Shown piece by piece: positions 53,748-61,030 of a stretch of DNA of 64,000 nucleotides. The first letter of the stretch is position 1; each line of letters begins with the position of its first letter. The DNA comes from Burkholderiales bacterium (GTDB lineage Bacteria; Pseudomonadota; Gammaproteobacteria; Burkholderiales; Burkholderiaceae_C), in contig CANGHK010000022.1 of the NCBI GenBank assembly GCA_947453625.1, forward strand, positions 4,121-68,120, in the 5' to 3' direction. The notes under the pieces are model-generated. The model searched no databases and was not told the origin of the DNA. It saw only the letters and a program-made list of their open reading frames with translations. A program made the position numbers and the translations under genes.

Positions 53748-56339
53748 ATGTGGCGTGCACTGCTGTCCCTGTCCCTTGCCGAATGGCGACACCATCCCTG
53801 GCGCCATGGCGTTGCGCTGCTTGCGGTTGCGCTGGGCGTGGCGCTGGCGAGTTCGGTGCAGATGATCAACGAGTCGGCGCTGGGCGAGTTCTCGCAGGCG
53901 CTGCGCTCGGTCAACGGCCAACCCGACGCGGTGCTGGCAGCCACCGACCGCGACGGTTTCGACGATGGTCTCTACGCCCGCCTGGCGCTGGACGAATCGG
54001 TGGCGCTGGTCAGCCCGGTGCTGGAGATCGACACCCAGGGCCGGCGAGGCGACGGCGCGGCCGACGCTGCGCCGGGCAACGGCGGCCAACCCACGCCACG
54101 CACGCCGCTGCGCGTGGTCGGGGTCGATGCGCTGAAGGTCGCGGCCATCGCCCCGGCACTGATGCCGCGCCCGGCGGCCGACGCCGGCTCGGCGGCTGCG
54201 GCCAGCAGCCTGCTGGACCCCGACGCCGCCTACCTCAACCCCGCCGCGCTGGCGGCGCTGGGTGTCAAGCCGGGCGACAAGATCGCGCTGCAGGCGGCCG
54301 GCGCCTGGCTGACGATGCGGGTGGCCGGCACGGTGGCCGCCGGCGGCGCGCCGCTGGTGGTGATCGACATCGCCAGCGCCCAGGCGCGCTTCAACCGCGC
54401 CGGCCGCCTGTCCCGGCTCGACCTGCGCCTGTTGCCCGGCGTGGCCCCCACCGCTTGGCAGACCGGCTTCACCCAGGCCGCCGCCCTGCCCGCGGACATC
54501 CGCTGGGCCGCCGCCGACGACGCGGTGCAGCGCGTGTCCAACCTGTCGCGCGCCTACCGGGTCAACCTGGGCGTGCTGGCGCTGGTGGCGCTGCTGGTGG
54601 GAGGCTTCCTGGTCTATTCGGTGGTCTCGCTGTCGGTGGCCCAGCGCACGCCCTCGCTGGCCTTGCTGGGCGTGCTGGGCCTGGCCGCGCGGGACCGGCG
54701 CTGGCTGGTGCTGGTCGAGAGCGCGGCGGTCGGCGCGCTGGGATCGGCGCTCGGCCTGGCCGGCGGCGCCGCGATGGCCGCGCTGGCGCTGCAACTGCTG
54801 GGCGGCGACCTGGGCGGCGGCTACTTTGCCGGCGGCGCACCCACGCTGGCCTGGCCGCCGGGCGCGCTGGCGGCCTGCGGCGCGCTGGGCATGGCCTCGG
54901 CGGTGGTCGGAGCCTGGTGGCCGGCGCGCCAGGCCGAGGCCTTGGCGCCGGCGTTGGCACTGAAGGGTCTGGGCGGCGCGGCCAATGGCTCGGCGCCGGT
55001 CTGGCCCGGCATGGCCTTGCTGGCGGCCGGCGGCAGCTTGGCCCTGTTGCCGCCGGTGGGCGGGCTGCCGCTGGCGGCCTACGCGTCAGTGGGCGCGCTG
55101 CTGGCCGGCGGCGTGGTGCTGGTGCCGGCGCTGGTGCAGGCGATGTTGGCGCACCAGACCCGGCCGCGCCAACCCATCGTGCTGCTGGCGCTGCGGCGCG
55201 CCCGCTTTGCGCGCCAGACCGCCAGCGCGACGGTGTCTGGCGTGGTGGCCAGCCTGGCGTTGTCGGTGGCCATCACGGTGATGGTGGCGAGTTTTCGGGA
55301 CGCAGTGGCGGTCTGGTTGGACAGCGCGCTGCCGGCCGACCTCTACGCCCGCAGCAGCGCCAACGCCGCCAGCGCCGACCAGGCCTTCCTGCCGCCCGGC
55401 TTCGCCGACCGCATCGCCCGCCTGCCCGGGGTGGCGCGGGTGCAGACCTCGCGCGGCGTGCCCCTGCAGTTGCAGCCCCAGCAGCCCGCCGTCACGCTGG
55501 TGGCGCGCACGCTGGGCGCCGATCCGGCCGCCACGCTGCCGATGCTGGGCGAGGTGCTGCCGCCGGTGGCCGGTGAGTTGGCGGTGTTCGTCAGCGAGCC
55601 GGCGGCCGCGCTCTACGGATGGACGCTGGGCGACCGCATCACCCTGCCGCTGCGCGCCGCCGAAAGCCGCGCGCCGCGCGCGGTGACGGTGCGCATCCGC
55701 GGTGTCTGGCGCGACTACGCCCGCCAGTTCGGCGCCATCGCGATCGAGGCCACCGACTACCAGCGCCTGACCGGCGACACGCGCGCCAACGACCTGGCGC
55801 TGTGGCTGGCACCCGGGGCCGCGCCGGCTGCGGTCGAGGCCGCGCTGCGCATTGCCGCCGGGCCCGACCTGCCGCTGGAGATCGCCAGCACGGCCTCGCT
55901 GCGCACGCTGTCGCTGCGCATCTTCGACCGCAGCTTTGCCGTCACCTTCTACCTGCAGGCAGTGGCGATCGCGGTCGGCCTGGTCGGCGTGGCGGCCAGC
56001 CTGTCGGCCCAGGTGCTGGCGCGGCGCAAGGAGTTCGGCCTGCTCGCCCACCTCGGGCTGACGCGGCGCCAGGTGATCGCCCTGGTCGGCCTGGAGGCCG
56101 CGGCCTGGCTGCTGGCCGGCACCTTGATCGGCCTGGCGCTGGGCGGGGCGATGGCCGCAGTGCTGGTCTACGTGGTCAACCCGCAGAGCTTCCACTGGAC
56201 CATGCCACTGCAATGGCCGCTGCAGCGCCTGGCCGCGCTGGCCGGCGCGGTACTGGCCGCGGGCATCGCCACCGCGCTGTGGAGCGCACGCCGGGCCGCA
56301 GGCCGCTCGGCCGTGCTGGCGGTCAAGGAAGACTGGTGA
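53748..56339 (+). CDS. FtsX-family ABC transporter permease (double module, MacB/YbbP-like)
   Basis: 863 aa with two FtsX-like TM bundles, e.g. 'LGVLALVALLVGGFLVYSVVSLSVAQRTPSLALLGVLG' and 'FYLQAVAIAVGLVGVAASLSAQVLARRKEFGLLAHLGLTRRQV'. Confidence 0.85.
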   Translation: MWRALLSLSLAEWRHHPWRHGVALLAVALGVALASSVQMINESALGEFSQALRSVNGQPDAVLAATDRDGFDDGLYARLALDESVALVSPVLEIDTQGRRGDGAADAAPGNGGQPTPRTPLRVVGVDALKVAAIAPALMPRPAADAGSAAAASSLLDPDAAYLNPAALAALGVKPGDKIALQAAGAWLTMRVAGTVAAGGAPLVVIDIASAQARFNRAGRLSRLDLRLLPGVAPTAWQTGFTQAAALPADIRWAAADDAVQRVSNLSRAYRVNLGVLALVALLVGGFLVYSVVSLSVAQRTPSLALLGVLGLAARDRRWLVLVESAAVGALGSALGLAGGAAMAALALQLLGGDLGGGYFAGGAPTLAWPPGALAACGALGMASAVVGAWWPARQAEALAPALALKGLGGAANGSAPVWPGMALLAAGGSLALLPPVGGLPLAAYASVGALLAGGVVLVPALVQAMLAHQTRPRQPIVLLALRRARFARQTASATVSGVVASLALSVAITVMVASFRDAVAVWLDSALPADLYARSSANAASADQAFLPPGFADRIARLPGVARVQTSRGVPLQLQPQQPAVTLVARTLGADPAATLPMLGEVLPPVAGELAVFVSEPAAALYGWTLGDRITLPLRAAESRAPRAVTVRIRGVWRDYARQFGAIAIEATDYQRLTGDTRANDLALWLAPGAAPAAVEAALRIAAGPDLPLEIASTASLRTLSLRIFDRSFAVTFYLQAVAIAVGLVGVAASLSAQVLARRKEFGLLAHLGLTRRQVIALVGLEAAAWLLAGTLIGLALGGAMAAVLVYVVNPQSFHWTMPLQWPLQRLAALAGAVLAAGIATALWSARRAAGRSAVLAVKEDW

Positions 56340-57532
56340 GCGCCCCCAAAGGAGAAACACTTGGGGCGGCCCGGCGTCTGGTTCTCGAGCGGCCGGGCCG
56401 CCGCGCCGCGCTGCAGGCCGCGTTGGGCAGTTGGGCGGCGCTGGCCGGATCGAACGCGGCATCGGCCACCCCATCGCCCACGCCGGCCAGCACCGACGAC
56501 GACCGCATCGCGCCCGACCGCCGGCTGGCCTTCCCGCGCGACCACGGCGCGCACGCTGGCGCGCGCATCGAATGGTGGTATGCCACCGGCTGGCTGCAGG
56601 CCACCGACGGGGACGCCGGGCTGGTCGGCTTCCAGCTCACCTTCTTCCGCAGCCGCACCGGCGTGGCCGACCAACTGCCCGGCCGCTTCGCGCCTCGCCA
56701 GTTGCTGTTCGCCCATGCCGCGGTCAGCGACATCGGCGCGGGCACCCACCGCCATGCCCAGCGCATCACGCGCTGGTCGGGCGACGAGACCCTGCCCGAA
56801 GCCCATGCCGGGCGCGCCGACACCGCGCTGGCGCTGGGCCGCTGGACGCTCAAGCGCGCACCGGACGACGGCTACCGCGCGCTGCTGGCCGCGCCCGAGG
56901 CCGGCTTCGCGCTCGACCTGAGGCTGCAACCCACCCAGCCGCTGCTGCTGCAGGGCGACGCCGGCCATTCACGCAAGGGCCCGCTGGCGACCCAGGCCAG
57001 CCACTACTACAGCCAGCCGCAGTTGGCGGTCGACGCGGTGCTGACGCTGGCAGGCCGGCGCCGGCCGCTGGCCGGCCGCGGCTGGCTGGACCACGAGTGG
57101 AGCGACGAACTGCTGGCCCCCGGCGCCGTGGGCTGGGACTGGATGGGCATCAACCTGACCGACGGCAGCGCCCTCACCGCCTTCGTGCTGCGGCGCGCCG
57201 ACGGCAGCACCGTCTGGGCCGGTGGCAGCCACCGGCCGGCCGGCGGCGCGCTGCGCAGCTTCGGGCCGGAGGAGGTCGAATTCAGCGCCCAGCGCCGCTG
57301 GACCAGCCCGGCCACCGGTGCCAGCTACCCGGTGCACTGGCGCCTGCGCACGCCAGCGGGCCGATTCGAGCTGCGGGCGCTGCTCGATGACCAGGAACTC
57401 GACAGCCGGGCGTCCACCGGCACGGTGTACTGGGAGGGCCTGGCCGAGTTGCTGGCGCCAGACGGTGGCCGGGTCGGGCTGGGCTACCTGGAGATGACGG
57501 GCCGGGCCCAGCCCTTGACGCTGGGGTTCTGA
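56336..57532 (+). CDS. AttH/CrtC-like lipocalin-domain protein (carotenoid 1,2-hydratase family fold), likely exported
   Basis: 'FPRDHGAHAGARIEWWYATGWL', 'FQLTFFR', 'YYSQPQL' and 'GRGWLDHEW'. The proposed GTG start overlaps the permease stop (GTGA). Possible twin-arginine leader 'GRRAALQAALGSWAALAGSNAASA'. Confidence 0.7.
   Translation: MSAPKGETLGAARRLVLERPGRRAALQAALGSWAALAGSNAASATPSPTPASTDDDRIAPDRRLAFPRDHGAHAGARIEWWYATGWLQATDGDAGLVGFQLTFFRSRTGVADQLPGRFAPRQLLFAHAAVSDIGAGTHRHAQRITRWSGDETLPEAHAGRADTALALGRWTLKRAPDDGYRALLAAPEAGFALDLRLQPTQPLLLQGDAGHSRKGPLATQASHYYSQPQLAVDAVLTLAGRRRPLAGRGWLDHEWSDELLAPGAVGWDWMGINLTDGSALTAFVLRRADGSTVWAGGSHRPAGGALRSFGPEEVEFSAQRRWTSPATGASYPVHWRLRTPAGRFELRALLDDQELDSRASTGTVYWEGLAELLAPDGGRVGLGYLEMTGRAQPLTLGF
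56341..56386. repeat. short form of the 11909-12079 repeat (inner hairpin module deleted)
   Basis: cgcccccaaAGGAGAAACACTTGGGGCGGCCCGGCGTcTGgTTCTC matches the outer parts of the 85-bp element, with 2 mismatches and without the internal ~33 nt. Confidence 0.65.
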
Positions 57533-57604
57533 CGGCTTGGGCTTGATTCGAAGGCGCTGCCGGGAGACCGGGGTCGCGACAGCCCCGGCGATCGCCTGGC
57601 CGCG

Positions 57605-58522
57605 TCATCCCGCGTAGCGGGCCGGGGTCGGGTTGCGCCGGGGCGGGATCGGGGCGGCGCGCACGCAGTTGCGGCCGGCCGACTTGGCCTCTCGCAGCGC
57701 AGCGCCGGCCTCGGCGATCACCGCGTCCAGCGCGACATGGGCCGCGCCTATGCTGGCCACGCCGACGCTGACGGTGGCTTTCACGCACAGACCTTCCCAG
57801 ACCAGACCCAGGCCGGCCACCCGCTCGCGGATGCGTTCGGCCACGTCCAGCGCACCCAGCAGGTCGGCGTGCGGCAGGTAGACGACCAGCACGCCACCCC
57901 CGAAGCGCGCCAGCAAGTCGTAGGGCCGCAGCGTGGACGAGGCCTGGCGCGTGATCTCGACCAGCATCGTGTCACCGCAAGCCCTGCCATGGTCATCGTT
58001 GAGCCGCTTGAAGTGATCGACGTCGACCATCAGCAGCGCGGCGTCCTCGGCGTGGCGTTGCAGGCGCGACCACTCGCGGTCGGCCGCCGCGACGAAATGC
58101 AGCTGGGTATGGGCACCGGTCAGCGCATCGCGCGCAGGCGCCTGGGCGTCAGCGATGCCTGCGGCGCCAGCGGCCCGGCCCACGGGCTTCAAGGGCCTGA
58201 CCTCCGCCAGCGCAGGCCGCCGGGCCGGACCGGGCGCGACGAGGCGGATCGCCGCCCAGGCGCTCAGCGGCACCAGCACGGTGACCACCAAGGCGCCCAC
58301 CAAAGCACCGAGCCAGGCGCCGCCGGCAGCGAGCCCCCCGGAGAGCAGGCCGGCCAGCGACTGGGCCAGACCATGACCGACCATCGCGCCCAGCACCACC
58401 ACGCTCAGGCCTGTCACCAGGCCAGCGGCCAGCAGGGTCCAGCGCCGCCGGCGCTGCAGCGCCGGCGCAGCGCCGGCGGCCGGCGTGGCTGGCGGCGTCA
58501 ACAGGCTTGGATCGGTCGTCAT
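57605..58522 (-). CDS. membrane-anchored degenerate GGDEF-domain protein
   Basis: N-terminal TM segments followed by 'DVDHFKRLNDDHGRACGDTML...RPYDLLARFGGGVLVVYLP', with GGGVL in place of GG(D/E)EF. Start moved to ATG 58522. Confidence 0.75.
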   Translation of the reverse strand: MTTDPSLLTPPATPAAGAAPALQRRRRWTLLAAGLVTGLSVVVLGAMVGHGLAQSLAGLLSGGLAAGGAWLGALVGALVVTVLVPLSAWAAIRLVAPGPARRPALAEVRPLKPVGRAAGAAGIADAQAPARDALTGAHTQLHFVAAADREWSRLQRHAEDAALLMVDVDHFKRLNDDHGRACGDTMLVEITRQASSTLRPYDLLARFGGGVLVVYLPHADLLGALDVAERIRERVAGLGLVWEGLCVKATVSVGVASIGAAHVALDAVIAEAGAALREAKSAGRNCVRAAPIPPRRNPTPARYAG

Positions 58523-58754
58523 GGCAAGGACAACAAGGTAGATTCGATTCGACCACAACGCCCTGCCGCCGTGACCAGGCGCTGCGTGCGATCCCTCGAG
58601 TGAATGTGCGCTTTGCGACGCGTTTGCAGGTCGGGCCGTCTTGCCAGCCGTCAACGCAGCGACGGCGCGGCTGGGCCAGACTGCTGGCCAGCCCCCACCG
58701 GGCCATGACAGCCCGGCCGGATCTGTGTCGCGACCTCAACTTCCGGAGACCCCC

Positions 58755-60923
58755 ATGACCCAGCCCCGCGTGATCGCATCCCTGGCGGCGGCGGTGGACG
58801 CCGTGCTCGACGCCGTGCCCGGCGACATCGTGCTCGGCATTCCGCTGGCCATAGGCAAGCCCAACCACTTCGTCAACGCGCTGTACCGCCGGATCAAGGC
58901 CAACCCGTCGCGCCGGCTGACCATCGTCACCGCGCTGTCGCTGGAAAAGCCCTTCGGCAAGAGCGACCTGGAACGGCATTTCCTGGAGCCGCTGGTAGCG
59001 CGTGTCTTCGGCGACTACCCCGACCTGGACTATGTCAAGGACGGTCGCGGCAGCGGTCTGCCGCCCAACATTTCAGTGCGCGAGTTCTTCATGAAGACCG
59101 GCGACTACCTCGGCAATGCCGCCGCGCAGCAGAACTACATCTCGACCAACTACACCTTTGTCGCCCGCGACATGCTGCTGCAGGGCATGAACGTGATCGC
59201 CTCGGCGGTGGCCGAGCAGGGTGAGGGCGAGACCTGGCGCCTGTCCTTGTCGAGCAACCCCGACGTGGCCTTCGAGGTGGTGGAGAAATACGCCGCCCAG
59301 GGCCTGCCGCTGCTCAAGGTGGGCGTGGTCAACCGCAAGATGCCGTTCATGCCCAACGGCGCCGAGGTCGCGCCAGGCTTCTTCGACATCGTCGTCACCG
59401 ACCCGGCGGCCACCCACCAGTTGTTCGGCCCGCCCAACGCCAAGGTCAGCACCGCAGACTATGCGATAGGCGTGCATGCCAGCAGCCTGGTGGCCGACGG
59501 CGGCACGCTGCAGATCGGCATAGGCTCGCTCGGCGACGCGATCGCCCAGGCGCTGATCGTGCGCGACCGCCACGGCCCCGAGTACCGCGCCATCCTGGAA
59601 AGCCTGTGCCCGGACGGACTGGGTGACATGGACGGTGGCATCCCCGGAGGCATAGCGATCCAGCGTCAGCTCGGCCGCTTCGACCGCGGCCTCTACGGCT
59701 GCTCGGAGATGTTCGTCAACGGATTCCTCAAACTGATCGAGGCCGGCATCATCCGGCGCGAGGTGTTTGCCGACACCGTACTACAGCAGTTGATCAACAG
59801 CGGCGCGATCGCCAACGAAACCGTGACCCCGCAGACGCTGCGCGCCCTGCTGGCGGCCGGCCGCATCCAAAGCCCGCTGAGCCGGGGCGACCTCGACTTC
59901 CTGACCCGCTTCGGCATCTTCAAGCCCGGCGTGACGCTGGACGGATCATTCCTGACGCTGGACGGCGTGCCGCTGCCCAACGATCTGGCGGGCCAGGCGC
60001 AGTTCGACGCCATCGCCCGGCTGCTGCTCGGTCCGCGGCTGACCGGTGGCATCTTCATGACCGGCGGCTTCTTCCTCGGCCCCAACGATTTCTACGAACG
60101 CCTGCGCTCGATGCCGCCGCAGGACCTGGCCAAGATCGACATGACGCGCATCGACTTCATCAACCAGATCTACGGCAACAAGGTGGGCGACAGCGCGCTG
60201 AAGCGGGCGCAGCGCCACCAGGCCCGATTCATGAACACGACGATGATCGTCACGCTGCTGGGCGCGGCCGCCAGCGACGCGCTCGAATCCGGCGAAGTGG
60301 TCTCGGGCGTGGGCGGGCAGTACAACTTCGTCGCGATGGCGCACGCCATCCCCGACGCCCGCTCGATCCTGATGCTGCGCGCCACCCACGACAACCGGGA
60401 CGGCTTGCGCAGCAGCATCGTCTGGAACCATGGTCAGGTGACGATCCCGCGCCACCTGCGCGATATCGTGGTCACCGAGTACGGCGTGGCCGACCTGCGC
60501 GGCCAGGCCGACGCCGAGGTGGTGCGGCGGCTGATCGCGATCGCCGACTCGCGATTCCAACCGCAGTTGCTGGCCGAGGCCAAGTCCCACGGCAAGCTGC
60601 CCGCCAGCTACGCGCTGCCGGCACGCTACCGCGATAACCTGCCCGGCGCGCTCGACGCCAAACTCCACCCCTGGAGCGAGGCCGCGCTGCTGCCGGCCTT
60701 CCCCTTCGGCACCGACCTGACGGCCGATGAACGGCATATCGTGGTGGCGCTCAAGCGCCTGAAGCGGGCCACCGAGCACCCGGTGGAACTGGTGACGATG
60801 GCCGTCAAGAGCCTGTGGGAAGGCAAGGAGGCGCCCCACGCCTACCTGGAGCGGCTCGGCCTGGACGAGGCCGACAGCTTCAAGTCGATGTTCATCCGGC
60901 GGCTGTTCGCCGGCAATCTGTGA
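58755..60923 (+). CDS. acetyl-CoA hydrolase/transferase family protein
   Basis: 722 aa from ATG 58755 (GGAGA upstream). 'GIPLAIGKPNHFVNALY', 'GTLQIGIGSLGDA' and 'SGVGGQYNFVAMAH'. Confidence 0.8.
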   Translation: MTQPRVIASLAAAVDAVLDAVPGDIVLGIPLAIGKPNHFVNALYRRIKANPSRRLTIVTALSLEKPFGKSDLERHFLEPLVARVFGDYPDLDYVKDGRGSGLPPNISVREFFMKTGDYLGNAAAQQNYISTNYTFVARDMLLQGMNVIASAVAEQGEGETWRLSLSSNPDVAFEVVEKYAAQGLPLLKVGVVNRKMPFMPNGAEVAPGFFDIVVTDPAATHQLFGPPNAKVSTADYAIGVHASSLVADGGTLQIGIGSLGDAIAQALIVRDRHGPEYRAILESLCPDGLGDMDGGIPGGIAIQRQLGRFDRGLYGCSEMFVNGFLKLIEAGIIRREVFADTVLQQLINSGAIANETVTPQTLRALLAAGRIQSPLSRGDLDFLTRFGIFKPGVTLDGSFLTLDGVPLPNDLAGQAQFDAIARLLLGPRLTGGIFMTGGFFLGPNDFYERLRSMPPQDLAKIDMTRIDFINQIYGNKVGDSALKRAQRHQARFMNTTMIVTLLGAAASDALESGEVVSGVGGQYNFVAMAHAIPDARSILMLRATHDNRDGLRSSIVWNHGQVTIPRHLRDIVVTEYGVADLRGQADAEVVRRLIAIADSRFQPQLLAEAKSHGKLPASYALPARYRDNLPGALDAKLHPWSEAALLPAFPFGTDLTADERHIVVALKRLKRATEHPVELVTMAVKSLWEGKEAPHAYLERLGLDEADSFKSMFIRRLFAGNL

Positions 60924-61030
60924 GCGCGGCGCATCGCCGCGGAGGTCGCGGCCGATGGCCTGCGTTCACCCGCCCGCAGTGGGCCGCAACAACGAAAGGT
61001 CGGTGCCCGGTCGGCGTCAGTCCCCGCGCA

